Shown one piece after another: positions 8,685 through 16,205 of a stretch of 43,683 nt of DNA (position 1 is its first letter; each line of letters begins with the position of its first letter). The translations under genes and the position numbers were made by a program. Origin of the DNA: a virus; IMG/VR virus record IMGVR_UViG_3300043478_000025; one strand, written 5' to 3'. The notes below the pieces were generated by a model, which saw only the letters and a list, made by a program, of their open reading frames with translations, searched no databases and was not told the origin of the DNA.

Positions 8685-9424
8685 GCGTGTTCCTTTGTTT
8701 GTTGTAGTTGGCTAATGAAACCGTCTAGCGTTTGCCAGTCTGGGTCTCGTATGATCGGGTTCTTCCCGATCGGGAATCGTGACTTCGTTAGCAAGTCGGT
8801 ACCGGATTGAACCCGAAGGGTTCGTGTAGCTCCGGTTAGTTCCAGGAAGAAACAGCAATCCATCATCGCCATCACTTCTCTGGTTAGGGCGGGGCTAAGA
8901 CCTGGTCGAATTAGTTTCTTCTGTAGTCCCTGAACTGTGATTGTATCCTCCGTCATGTGGCACGTGAGGATGAGGTTCTTACCTGTGCTCAGAAGAGCTT
9001 CGATGAATTTGACGATTCGGAAGTTGTTGGCAGAATAGATAGCTTCGTGGAACGGGTTCTTCTCTTCTACAAGAACGTCTACACCACGGATCTGTCGCTC
9101 ACGTTCGATGCTTTGTAGAGAAGAGATGGTATCGACGACGATGGTGTCGATTTCCGCTAGGAACTTCTTATCTCGACATAGATCACGTAGGAAACGAACT
9201 GCTTTTTCCCAGTCTTGCGTCGAGTACCACTTGACCGCCGAGCGGAGTTCACTCGGGAGATTCCGTAAGACAACTTGTCCGCCGTCATCGAACTCGATAA
9301 TGAGGGGTCGTGGAGCCTTAGCAGCGAGAGTAGTTTTTCCCGAACCTGGCCATCCGTAGAGGAAGAGTTTCCATCGTTCGAGATAGGCTTCATCTCCAGT
9401 CCTTATTGCGTCAGCTACAGGCAT
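8681..9424 (-). CDS. RecA-like AAA ATPase (Sak4-type recombination/annealing protein)
   Basis: Walker A LYGWPGSGKTTLA, Walker B IVVDTISSL. At 247 aa and adjacent to a nuclease, it fits the usual phage recombination module. Confidence 0.7.
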   Translation of the reverse strand: MPVADAIRTGDEAYLERWKLFLYGWPGSGKTTLAAKAPRPLIIEFDDGGQVVLRNLPSELRSAVKWYSTQDWEKAVRFLRDLCRDKKFLAEIDTIVVDTISSLQSIERERQIRGVDVLVEEKNPFHEAIYSANNFRIVKFIEALLSTGKNLILTCHMTEDTITVQGLQKKLIRPGLSPALTREVMAMMDCCFFLELTGATRTLRVQSGTDLLTKSRFPIGKNPIIRDPDWQTLDGFISQLQQTKEHA

Positions 9425-10392
9425 TATGGTAGCTCCGGGTAGACTTCCGAGTCGAGGTCGAACTGATCAATGTCAAAGTCTTGTACCTCCATTGTCGTAG
9501 TCTGGAACTTAGTGCTAGCAAGTTCATCTATGGAACTGCCCTGTAGGTAGGTCATGCAGATTTCACTGAAACCGCAGCCACTACAGAACTTGTCGAGTCG
9601 ACGACCGAACTTGAAGTTCTCGTACCGCCACATCTGGTCGATGAGACCGAACAGTTCTTCTTGGTAAGCGTCGAGAGTTGTCTTAGTAACTTTGAGTTGA
9701 TGCCTCTGGAAACGCTCTTCACGCTGTAGTGCCTCGTGAACGTTGTTCTTCGGCAACCACATGTCGACCGTGTTGATCATCATCCATTCGACTTCCACGC
9801 CTTGAAGTGAAAAGAGGAGCGGATAGAAATTCGTCTGGATGTCAAAGACGATCGAATCTGTAGTCCACGGGCGCCTTGTGTGCGTCTTGTGATCGACGAT
9901 TCCCAAAGCAGCCCTCCGCTCTGCGAGTAGATCAACAATGCCGTGGAGATAGATCGGTCGGCGTCCTGTAGCTTTTGAACTGCGAAGCGTGGTATCGGCG
10001 AACGTTTCAATTTCGGCTCCTACAGGGATTAGTTTCTCACCACGCTCGGCCCATTTCATGTAAGTGATCATGATAGTGTAGGCGTTGAAGAACAGCAACT
10101 GACTCTCGTAGTCAGTCCATCCGTTCTCGGCTTGTGTAGTTTCCATCAGTTCGACCAGTTCTTGACTCGTTAGAATCTGAACCGGCCGACCGATGAACTT
10201 CTTATAGTAGTTCTCGGCCAGCTTGTGCCACATCTCACCGAGAGACATCTTCTGTGTCTGAACACGGAACTCAGACAGATTCTCTCGGCGTACGAGACTC
10301 CACTTATAGTTACACCTCTGGAAGAGAGCTACCTGTGTAGGACTGATAGTGATAGCGTTCTCGGGAATGTCTTCTCTGGTTAGTAGTTTCAT
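9424..10392 (-). CDS. PD-(D/E)XK nuclease of the Cas4/RecB family with Fe-S cysteines
   Basis: N-terminal Cys (FQRCNYKW) plus a C-terminal C-x2-C-x5-C (FCSGCGFSEIC). Core HGIVDLL...GIVDHKTH matches D...(D/E)xK. Confidence 0.75.
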   Translation of the reverse strand: MKLLTREDIPENAITISPTQVALFQRCNYKWSLVRRENLSEFRVQTQKMSLGEMWHKLAENYYKKFIGRPVQILTSQELVELMETTQAENGWTDYESQLLFFNAYTIMITYMKWAERGEKLIPVGAEIETFADTTLRSSKATGRRPIYLHGIVDLLAERRAALGIVDHKTHTRRPWTTDSIVFDIQTNFYPLLFSLQGVEVEWMMINTVDMWLPKNNVHEALQREERFQRHQLKVTKTTLDAYQEELFGLIDQMWRYENFKFGRRLDKFCSGCGFSEICMTYLQGSSIDELASTKFQTTTMEVQDFDIDQFDLDSEVYPELP

Positions 10393-10402
10393 AGCTCCCT
10401 TG

Positions 10403-10501
10403 TTAGGCTCGGCGGAGTAGGTAGATGATCAGTAGAATGAGTGCAACGATCGCAAGGATGACTAGTACGGTGATGAGGGTTGGATCTACAGCTAGAATCA
10501 T
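10403..10501 (-). CDS. Possible 32-aa hydrophobic peptide
   Basis: Own translation: MILAVDPTLITVLVILAIVALILLIIYLLRRA. ATGA overlap with the upstream stop, and it ends 10 nt before the GGAG RBS of the nuclease gene. Confidence 0.4.
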   Translation of the reverse strand: MILAVDPTLITVLVILAIVALILLIIYLLRRA

Positions 10502-11220
10502 AATGTCCCCGGTGCCCATTTTGTTCCGGTCCAGGTGAACCACCATTTACCAAGGAAGAAGTTATCCCACGACGCCCATGCTCCGGAGCCGTCGGGAAAG
10601 TAACCCAGTCCTTGTAGTTTATCAGCGTTTGCTTGATCGCCGTTCGTAACGGTTGGCTCTGGTGGAAAGTTCTGACTGATCTTCACACTAGCCTTGTTTA
10701 ACGGACCCTGAACCCAGGAGAGATAGTTAGCCGTTTGATCGGCAGGACCTATCCACGTAGCCATATCAGGGTTGTCCGGTAGGCCGATATCTACCCAGTT
10801 TCCTAATGGCCAGGGATTTGTTTGTCCGGCGGCGCCTAGTCCATAGTTCAAATCTTGCATTGTCTGCGGATTATCACAACCCGGAGGCGTAAAGTATCCT
10901 GGGGCTCCCGCAACTACACCTGTTGCTGGGTTAGGAGGAACCGGAGGAACCCAACCCGGAACTAGCGGGCCGTCGTCTAGTGGGTAGAGTTTGTAGTAAC
11001 GCATTGTGTCGCAGAGAATCAATAGATCCCGTGCAACTTTTCTGGATTGTTCTTCGGTCCTACAGTCCCTTCCCATGAACCAGTTTCCCTGGGTTCTCAT
11101 GGCAAGAGCTAGCTGATCTACGTCTACGTCGCTGAATGGAGGGTTTGGGGAGATGTAAGGCTGTATTTGTCCGCCTCCTGGCATCGACGTGACAATCGAC
11201 GCCATGAAAGGTTCGGTCAC
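10498..11220 (-). CDS. Hypothetical protein (240 aa) with an N-domain paralogous to 11483..11920 and a Trp/Pro/Gly-rich C-domain
   Basis: DVDQLALAMRTQGNWFMGRDCRTEEQSRKVARDLLILCDTM aligns with DVDLLALALQRVGPFFLGNDVRSVESARAVALELLQAFLDM of the 145-aa protein. Confidence 0.65.
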   Translation of the reverse strand: MTEPFMASIVTSMPGGGQIQPYISPNPPFSDVDVDQLALAMRTQGNWFMGRDCRTEEQSRKVARDLLILCDTMRYYKLYPLDDGPLVPGWVPPVPPNPATGVVAGAPGYFTPPGCDNPQTMQDLNYGLGAAGQTNPWPLGNWVDIGLPDNPDMATWIGPADQTANYLSWVQGPLNKASVKISQNFPPEPTVTNGDQANADKLQGLGYFPDGSGAWASWDNFFLGKWWFTWTGTKWAPGTL

Positions 11221-11486
11221 AGCTTACGAAACTGCGTGTAGGGAGCCTTTAGAATAACAGGCTCCGGGTCTTCTCCCCTCTCTATCCCTGGACTTTCCGC
11301 ACCTCTACTTTCTCCGCCTTCTGGCGGGGGAGGTTCTGGAAGTTCAGCCTTAGAACGGGCGAGAGAAGTTTCGGCGTTCTCATCGCCCATCTGTAGTTGT
11401 TCCATTCGAGCGTGATGCTCACGCTCGCCGAGTTCCTTCTGCTTGATCTGTTCCCTGTCTTCTGAATCTGCTGGACGTTCGCTCAC
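11217..11486 (-). CDS. Hypothetical charged protein (89 aa)
   Basis: ORF-track ORF with 4-nt overlaps to both neighbours. Confidence 0.55.
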   Translation of the reverse strand: MSERPADSEDREQIKQKELGEREHHARMEQLQMGDENAETSLARSKAELPEPPPPEGGESRGAESPGIERGEDPEPVILKAPYTQFRKL

Positions 11487-11920
11487 TTCTTACCGCCGAT
11501 GTTAGCCTGCCGCTGTTCAGCGGAGGACTTGCCTTCATCGGAAGTTTCGTCGTTCTTACGTCGAGCGTTCGCCATCTGCTCTGTAGGTGTAGGTGAAGGC
11601 TCAGGAAGATTCGACGGGAGTCGAGCGTTACCAGAACGCTGTTGAAGCGATTCGTCCAAATAGACAGAAGCTTGTGTCTTTGCGTACTCGGCGAAATCCG
11701 CCGCTGGCTTCGGCTGTTCGTATCCCATATCCAAGAAAGCCTGGAGCAATTCGAGAGCTACAGCCCGAGCGCTTTCAACGGAACGAACATCGTTGCCGAG
11801 GAAGAAGGGACCTACACGCTGCAAAGCGAGAGCGAGAAGATCGACGTCCTTATCTTCCCAAGGAACCTCTTCGACTTCTGGTTCCTCGGTAGGAGTTTCC
11901 TTGGTAACTGTATCAGGCAT
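11483..11920 (-). CDS. Hypothetical protein (145 aa), paralogous domain shared with 10498..11220
   Basis: ORF-track ORF preceded by AAAGAGAAAGGCAACCGCC before the ATG. Shared domain as described for 10498..11220. Confidence 0.65.
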   Translation of the reverse strand: MPDTVTKETPTEEPEVEEVPWEDKDVDLLALALQRVGPFFLGNDVRSVESARAVALELLQAFLDMGYEQPKPAADFAEYAKTQASVYLDESLQQRSGNARLPSNLPEPSPTPTEQMANARRKNDETSDEGKSSAEQRQANIGGKK

Positions 11921-11953
11921 GGCGGTTGCCTTTCTCTTTATTGTTCGATTATG

Positions 11954-12043
11954 CCGGGGAACTGGACCACCTTTGGGAGTATGAGCACAGTTCCCCGGCT
12001 GCCTAATCTACACGGTGGGTGGAATCACCGTTGACTGTAGATT
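11954..12043 (-). repeat. Two tandem long hairpins in the leader of gene 11483..11920
   Basis: Perfect 11-bp arms ccggggaactg (11954-11964) / cagttccccgg (11988-11998). An 8-bp pair aatctaca (12005-12012) / tgtagatt (12036-12043) encloses an inner cggtg/caccg stem. The second hairpin belongs to the CTACA family. Confidence 0.7.
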
Positions 12044-12049
12044 GGCAAG

Positions 12050-12089
12050 TGGTCGATGCTGGAATCGAACCAGCTATTCCTTTTCGACC
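12050..12089 (-). ncRNA. tRNA-like acceptor/T-arm mimic 1 (no D or anticodon arm)
   Basis: Minus-strand sense: GGTCGAA-AAGGAATA-GCTGG-TTCGATT-CCAGC-ATCGACC-A. It has a canonical T-loop, a 5-bp T-stem, a 6-bp acceptor-like stem and discriminator A. It overlaps the stop of CDS 12074..12280. Confidence 0.4.
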
Positions 12090-12280
12090 TGACGTTTCGC
12101 TTCTTGTTGTTTTCTACTCCACGGGAGTAGGTCTTCTAGTGGAAGAACTCCCACCATTATCATGCCTAAGATGATTGACTTAATCGGTACTGACTCTTCG
12201 TAGAGAGCCTCGATGATTATCAAGACCCCTAGGATGAAGATTGTTATTCTGCGTACGGCGTCAAAGAAAGCTGTAAACAT
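12074..12280 (-). CDS. Small membrane protein (68 aa, two predicted TM segments)
   Basis: Hydrophobic segments ITIFILGVLIIIEAL and IILGMIMVGVLPL, with a basic C-tail. RBS GAGGACGGGT lies before the ATG at 12280. Confidence 0.65.
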   Translation of the reverse strand: MFTAFFDAVRRITIFILGVLIIIEALYEESVPIKSIILGMIMVGVLPLEDLLPWSRKQQEAKRQVEKE

Positions 12281-12310
12281 ACCCGTCCTCGTTCGGGAAG
12301 GGTGGTGTAG

Positions 12311-12396
12311 TGGCCCGAGCTAGAATCGAACTAGCTGCACAAGAAGAACTCCGGGAGAGACAGAGACCATTGTTTTCTTGGCGCTCCTGCCGAGCC
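12311..12396 (-). ncRNA. tRNA-like element 2 (86 nt: acceptor stem plus canonical T-arm, non-canonical core)
   Basis: Sense: GGCTCGG ... GCTAG-TTCGATT-CTAGC-TCGGGCC-A. 7-bp acceptor stem (two G.U) and a T-arm identical to element 1 except for one compensatory pair (G-C to A-U). In the interior I could fold only a 9-bp CAAGAAAAC/GTTCTTCTTG stem, not a cloverleaf. Confidence 0.4.
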
Positions 12397-12435
12397 ATGA
12401 TGGCAGTTTAAAGACATGCCCAGGTCTTAGTTCAC

Positions 12436-13347
12436 TCAGGAATCGTCGTCGTCGAACAACTCCGTCACGTTGTCGTCGGAATCCGCCTCGAAGTCTGCCG
12501 GATCGTCGTCCGACAAATCGAGAGTCAGTTCGTTGATGTCTTCCGTGGACTCGTCGTCGTCATCGGAAGTTTCGTCCGTCATCTTGTTGGCGACGATCTT
12601 GTGACCGGAAACCGTGAACTCGAAACGGTCCGGGGGATTGGCCCGATCGAAGTTCGGGTTCTGCTCTTCGATCGCCTTCCAGAGTTCACCGACGTTCTTG
12701 ACGAACTTCTTCAGGTGGGTCTGAACCGCCGAGAGCTTTCGCTCGGTGATCGCCGTTTCGGTTCCCTCGGGATCGGTCACCGTGAACTGGAAAGTACCGC
12801 CGAGACGCTTTCCGGTCTTCGCACGATCCCCGACAGCACCACGGAGGTTGTCGATCTTCTCCTTGCCGAGAATCGAAACACCCACGGCCTTGAACCAATC
12901 CGGATCGGTTCCTTCCAGAAGGTTCCGGATGCCGTTCATGTTGTCGACGTGAATCTTGCGTTCCTTTCGGAACTCGACAAGCTCGGCTTCCTTCGGCTTG
13001 TCGGACTCATCGACCTTCGTGATGTTCGCATCGACGAACGTGTCGAGACGCTTGTCGTACTCCTTGAGAACCCGACGGACCGTTTCGTACAGTCCGGCGA
13101 ACTGCTCGTCCGACAAACCTTCCGCCGAAAGTGCGTTTCGGATGGAAGTGGCCACCGGGTTGTTGGCCTTCTTGTCGGTCATGTCGGGGTTGGCAGCCTC
13201 GAACCGAGTGTTGAGAAGCTTCGTGCGACCGAAACTCTCCAACGCCATTTTCTCGTCGAGGGTGTCGACCAGTTCCTTGGAAGCCAGCCACTTCTCGACC
13301 AGAGTGACGGTGAACGGGTTTTCCGTTCCGATGTTGACATCAGACAT
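12436..13347 (-). CDS. Abundant-looking early protein (303 aa) with a ~50-aa poly-acidic C-terminal tail
   Basis: Strong G/C-ending codon bias generates long shadow ORFs in other frames (e.g. 12601..13506). Tail: TDETSDDDDESTEDINELTLDLSDDDPADFEADSDDNVTELFDDDDS. No TGTAG/CTACA in the whole gene. Confidence 0.75.
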   Translation of the reverse strand: MSDVNIGTENPFTVTLVEKWLASKELVDTLDEKMALESFGRTKLLNTRFEAANPDMTDKKANNPVATSIRNALSAEGLSDEQFAGLYETVRRVLKEYDKRLDTFVDANITKVDESDKPKEAELVEFRKERKIHVDNMNGIRNLLEGTDPDWFKAVGVSILGKEKIDNLRGAVGDRAKTGKRLGGTFQFTVTDPEGTETAITERKLSAVQTHLKKFVKNVGELWKAIEEQNPNFDRANPPDRFEFTVSGHKIVANKMTDETSDDDDESTEDINELTLDLSDDDPADFEADSDDNVTELFDDDDS

Positions 13348-13537
13348 TTGGATGCAACCTTTTCCAGTAGTGGGTTTGTTGGTAACGCCAGGTGTTGCGC
13401 TTGTCCCGACTACAATTCGGGCACTTATCTGTTTCGCCGGGAGTTGAGAATCCAGCTAGACAGTTACTACAGTAGCGAGCACAAGCTCGTATCTGTCGTC
13501 TGTTGATACCGTAGCACACTCCGCAAATCCAGCGCAA
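13340..13537 (-). CDS. Small zinc-ribbon protein (65 aa, TTG start)
   Basis: Three CxxC pairs (CGVC, CSNC, CPNC). The 3' end overlaps the next start by 8 nt. The start codon is uncertain. Confidence 0.5.
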   Translation of the reverse strand: MRWICGVCYGINRRQIRACARYCSNCLAGFSTPGETDKCPNCSRDKRNTWRYQQTHYWKRLHPNV

Positions 13538-13605
13538 GGGATAGTCTGGATAAAGTGTTCCCCAAGCATTATGGTAGTCGGAAGTGCAGATCAGAGGTAG
13601 TTTGT

Positions 13606-13770
13606 TCAGGAAGAAACTCGGTCACCTGTCTCGACGGTGAGGAAGACGTCTTCGTAACGCTCCTTGATCAACTCCGAGAGGATGACTTCGTTGGTGTCGA
13701 TGTCGCCGATGATGTCATCGGAATCCTCTGCGTTGAGTGGAACTCGGATGACAAGCGTTCGGTTTTCCAT
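13606..13770 (-). CDS. Small acidic protein (54 aa)
   Basis: Own translation: MENRTLVIRVPLNAEDSDDIIGDIDTNEVILSELIKERYEDVFLTVETGDRVSS. Preceded by the purine-rich leader GAAAGGGAAAGAGAACACA and is the first gene after the 13867-13895 promoter. The plus-strand ORF 13555..13815 is judged a shadow. Confidence 0.55.
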   Translation of the reverse strand: MENRTLVIRVPLNAEDSDDIIGDIDTNEVILSELIKERYEDVFLTVETGDRVSS

Positions 13771-13866
13771 TGTGTTCTCTTTCCCTTTCGCTTAATGGGC
13801 GAGGTCGTTTTGTGAGGTTAGCTTTCGGGGTCCCGCCGTCCAGGCAGGCTCCGCCCCACGCCCCTC

Positions 13867-13895
13867 ACAGTACCATAGGGCCGAAACCCCGTCAA
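13867..13895 (-). promoter_or_regulatory. Host sigma70/HrdB-type promoter candidate
   Basis: On the minus strand: TTGACG (13895-13890), 17-nt spacer, TACTGT (13872-13867, fits TANNNT). It is followed by a ~100-nt GC-rich structured leader with GTGAGG...CCTCAC arms. Confidence 0.5.
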
Positions 13896-13931
13896 GAGCT
13901 AGTGCCCAAAGGATTTTCGTACTTTCGGAAC

Positions 13932-14204
13932 TTAGCCGCATCCTTTACGTCGAAGCCAGGCCCGGTAGTATTCGATTCTCTCTTGTATCGCTGCCCTGTT
14001 GGCGTTCGATGCTTCGGGGAATCGTTCGACTTCCAGTAGGAAAGCCGTATGAATACTATCACAGAGCCCGCCAGGTAGAAGCACCCGAACTTCCTTCGGA
14101 AGCTGGGCAACTATCTCGGCTTCTGTAGGCTGCTTAGTTTCTGGAACGGCCAAGATGGCAACTACAGCCAGTGACGCTGTAACGGCTAGTGTTCTTCGCT
14201 TCAC
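13932..14204 (-). CDS. Secreted or membrane-anchored small protein (90 aa, GTG start)
   Basis: N-terminus MKRRTLAVTASLAVVAILAVPE resembles a signal peptide or anchor. Confidence 0.55.
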   Translation of the reverse strand: MKRRTLAVTASLAVVAILAVPETKQPTEAEIVAQLPKEVRVLLPGGLCDSIHTAFLLEVERFPEASNANRAAIQERIEYYRAWLRRKGCG

Positions 14205-14208
14205 AGAA

Positions 14209-14466
14209 CTAGTTGTCGTAGTAGAATTGCTGTACCTCCGTGTGTAGGTTTAGAATTGCTAACCGTACTTGCTTTTCGTATTTCCTACACGCCTCTGCGT
14301 CCTCAGGATCTGGCTCGATGTTATACTTTGCTCTTGCGAGCACCGCTTCTCGGATTCTTTCTCCGTAAGCGTGCCAGATGTAATCTTCACCCTGAGAAAC
14401 GCAGAGACTGTAAGCAGCAGCAAGCTCAGTCAGCAGCTTCTGTCTTGGACTCTTCTTCGAGCGCAA
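14209..14466 (-). CDS. Hypothetical protein (85 aa)
   Basis: ORF-track ORF. The 41-nt overlap with the upstream gene leaves the start uncertain. Confidence 0.5.
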   Translation of the reverse strand: MRSKKSPRQKLLTELAAAYSLCVSQGEDYIWHAYGERIREAVLARAKYNIEPDPEDAEACRKYEKQVRLAILNLHTEVQQFYYDN

Positions 14467-14818
14467 GAAGATCAGCCCTTCGGTCTAGCTCGTCTGCGTG
14501 ATTGAGCAGTTCCTCCGCTATCTTTCTCAGTTGGGCCGTTACCTTTCGCAAACTAGTCGGCATACTTTCCAACTGCTTAGCCTTGGAAACAACTTCGTGC
14601 AGACGAGAGAACAACAGCAGGTAGTGAAGGAACAGATCCTTCGTCTCCCACTTGTCTTCTAGTCTTTCGAACCATCCGGACCTGTAGTAGAACACAGTCC
14701 CGTTCTTGAGCAACGTTCCGTCTTTGACAGCACGGGAAACCTGAACCGACAAATTGCTGTCGCCGATTTCCTTCGCTGTTCTAGGACGACGGAAGAACGC
14801 TTTGTTCACTGTTGGCAC
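14426..14818 (-). CDS. Hypothetical protein (130 aa), basic N-terminus, possible DNA-binding
   Basis: ORF-track ORF with a 1-nt overlap to the upstream stop. N-terminus is KAFFRRPRTAKEIGD. No firm motif seen. Confidence 0.55.
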   Translation of the reverse strand: MPTVNKAFFRRPRTAKEIGDSNLSVQVSRAVKDGTLLKNGTVFYYRSGWFERLEDKWETKDLFLHYLLLFSRLHEVVSKAKQLESMPTSLRKVTAQLRKIAEELLNHADELDRRADLLALEEESKTEAAD

Positions 14819-15123
14819 TATTGCCTCCGAGTTATCCTGGGCGGGATTGAATCGTCGAGAAGGATGAAGTCCTTCCAGATCTGCTCGATACGATCTTCGT
14901 CTTCCTCTTCATCCCACGCATCAGTCAATGTGACTTTGCAGGAACGAACGACGAACGTATCGTCTTCTACTAACTGGAAGTCTTCGCTCTTCACAACGAC
15001 CAGTGTAGGATCAGGACAGTCGATGTAATACATCGCCGTCATACTCATTGTGTCGAGACTGAACTGCTCGACATCAGTTTCGACGTGACGTTCTTCACCC
15101 CACGGCAATCGTATCTTAGTCAC
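14818..15123 (-). CDS. Hypothetical acidic protein (101 aa)
   Basis: ORF-track ORF with an 8-nt overlap to the upstream gene. Confidence 0.6.
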   Translation of the reverse strand: MTKIRLPWGEERHVETDVEQFSLDTMSMTAMYYIDCPDPTLVVVKSEDFQLVEDDTFVVRSCKVTLTDAWDEEEDEDRIEQIWKDFILLDDSIPPRITRRQ

Positions 15124-15361
15124 AGTTCTGCTTTCTGTATTCCATCAGGAAGCGTCCTGAAAGGTTCTTCAGAATGGTATCTAGCCTCTCATTCGAGACC
15201 TCTCGGTAATGCACCAAGGCGGTTCCGTAGAGAAAGTTCTTTATATAGCTTGACGAGACGAAGTTGTTTCGTAGTTGTCCCGTCTCTTCATCACGACGCA
15301 ACGCTTGGTAGTTGTAGTATAGGACGTCAAATCGAGCCTTCTTCTGCTGATTGTCCGTCAT
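15116..15361 (-). CDS. Hypothetical protein (81 aa)
   Basis: ORF-track ORF with a TAATG overlap to the upstream stop. Confidence 0.6.
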   Translation of the reverse strand: MTDNQQKKARFDVLYYNYQALRRDEETGQLRNNFVSSSYIKNFLYGTALVHYREVSNERLDTILKNLSGRFLMEYRKQNCD

Positions 15362-15708
15362 TAAGAATCACCGTCGATGTAGATGGTACCTTCTCGTTCG
15401 ATCAACTCTCGCACGAACTGTAGGCCACGCTTCTTGGTGTTGTGGCCTACACCCTTGAGAAGATAACCGGGAGGGTAAACACGCCTCTCGTAAATCTTCT
15501 CCGTCATCATGCGATTGTATGACCTAGCCCAGAAAGCACCGCAGGAACTGCATTCACGATAGACCGGCCAGCCGTAAGGAACAGCCAACCAAGGATCAAT
15601 CAACTTGGGTCGCATCCATGCATGACGATCGACTCTACAGTCCAAGTATTCGTCTGGATACTCTTCCAGAATCTCGTTGTAGGACTTGATGTCATTCTCC
15701 TTCGGCAC
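15361..15708 (-). CDS. Hypothetical protein (115 aa from GTG 15708; the ORF track extends to 15771)
   Basis: RBS GAAGGAGAG lies 7 nt before the GTG at 15708. The longer version would overlap the Cys-rich ORF by ~80 nt. Contains DCRVDRH...ECSSCG, a possible metal site. Confidence 0.55.
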   Translation of the reverse strand: MPKENDIKSYNEILEEYPDEYLDCRVDRHAWMRPKLIDPWLAVPYGWPVYRECSSCGAFWARSYNRMMTEKIYERRVYPPGYLLKGVGHNTKKRGLQFVRELIEREGTIYIDGDS

Positions 15709-15847
15709 CTGGGCACTCTCCTTCTGGTAACTCGAACGCACAGTAGACACAGTCTCGCTTGAGACAAGCACCGTTGCAAGTGCAGTCTAGGAAGCTGTAA
15801 GCTCTCCCGTCTCTCTTTATGACGGGGTACTCACTCGGGTCCTTCAT
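15692..15847 (-). CDS. Cys-rich mini-protein (51 aa, 7 Cys)
   Basis: Own translation: MKDPSEYPVIKRDGRAYSFLDCTCNGACLKRDCVYCAFELPEGECPGAEGE. Start and stop overlap both neighbours. Confidence 0.4.
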   Translation of the reverse strand: MKDPSEYPVIKRDGRAYSFLDCTCNGACLKRDCVYCAFELPEGECPGAEGE

Positions 15848-16004
15848 CGTCCTGTCTCTCTTCTATCATGTCTAGTAGTTTCCTAGCAAAGTCTTCGGCG
15901 TCGATCTGCTCTTTCTCATGGTCTCGCAGATGCAACAAGAACAATGACCCTAGAGTCACTATCATGGTGAACATAGCTGCCAATAGAAGCAAGATCGGAA
16001 CCAC
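15831..16004 (-). CDS. Small membrane protein (57 aa, GTG start)
   Basis: Own translation: VVPILLLLAAMFTMIVTLGSLFLLHLRDHEKEQIDAEDFARKLLDMIEERQDDEGPE. GGAGG lies 4 nt upstream of the GTG. The plus-strand ORF 15868..16197 is judged a shadow. Confidence 0.5.
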   Translation of the reverse strand: MVPILLLLAAMFTMIVTLGSLFLLHLRDHEKEQIDAEDFARKLLDMIEERQDDEGPE

Positions 16005-16005
16005 T

Positions 16006-16179
16006 TTACCTCCGGAAGAGTCGATCCAAGAGTCGATTCAACCAACCGGGGTTTTCTGGAAGAACCCTGCGATGCTCCGGCCTGTTGCAGTCATGCAACC
16101 CGTATTCGCTTATCTCAACTTCGTTGAGTTTGAACAACCTCCCGCAACCCATGCAGGAGAAGTAACCATCTTGTGCCAT
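16006..16179 (-). CDS. Small protein (57 aa) with a CxxC pair
   Basis: Own translation: MAQDGYFSCMGCGRLFKLNEVEISEYGLHDCNRPEHRRVLPENPGWLNRLLDRLFRR. Preceded by the conserved leader AACTACTACAGAAAGAGACACTG and hairpin 16206-16236. Confidence 0.5.
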   Translation of the reverse strand: MAQDGYFSCMGCGRLFKLNEVEISEYGLHDCNRPEHRRVLPENPGWLNRLLDRLFRR

Positions 16180-16205
16180 CAGTGTCTCTTTCTGTAGTAG
16201 TTTGG

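Noticed and set aside
12311-12396. Canonical tRNA gene
   Set aside because: The acceptor stem and T-arm are convincing, but I could not place a D-arm or a 5-bp anticodon stem with a 7-nt loop in any register. It is reported as tRNA-like instead. The same applies to 12050..12089, which is only 40 nt.
12050-12396. attP cores of an integrative phage
   Set aside because: No tyrosine or serine recombinase, excisionase or CI-like repressor was recognised anywhere in the genome. Two different tRNA-3'-like segments 260 bp apart would also be atypical for an attP. It is kept only as an alternative to be tested by BLAST against host tRNAs.
12601-13506. 301-aa plus-strand ORF, together with 12956..13447, 12686..12898 and 13007..13291
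   Set aside because: These are shadow ORFs of the strongly GC3-biased minus-strand gene 12436..13347. The translations are low-complexity Arg/Leu/Val-rich with no RBS, and they break the otherwise strictly co-directional minus-strand gene block.
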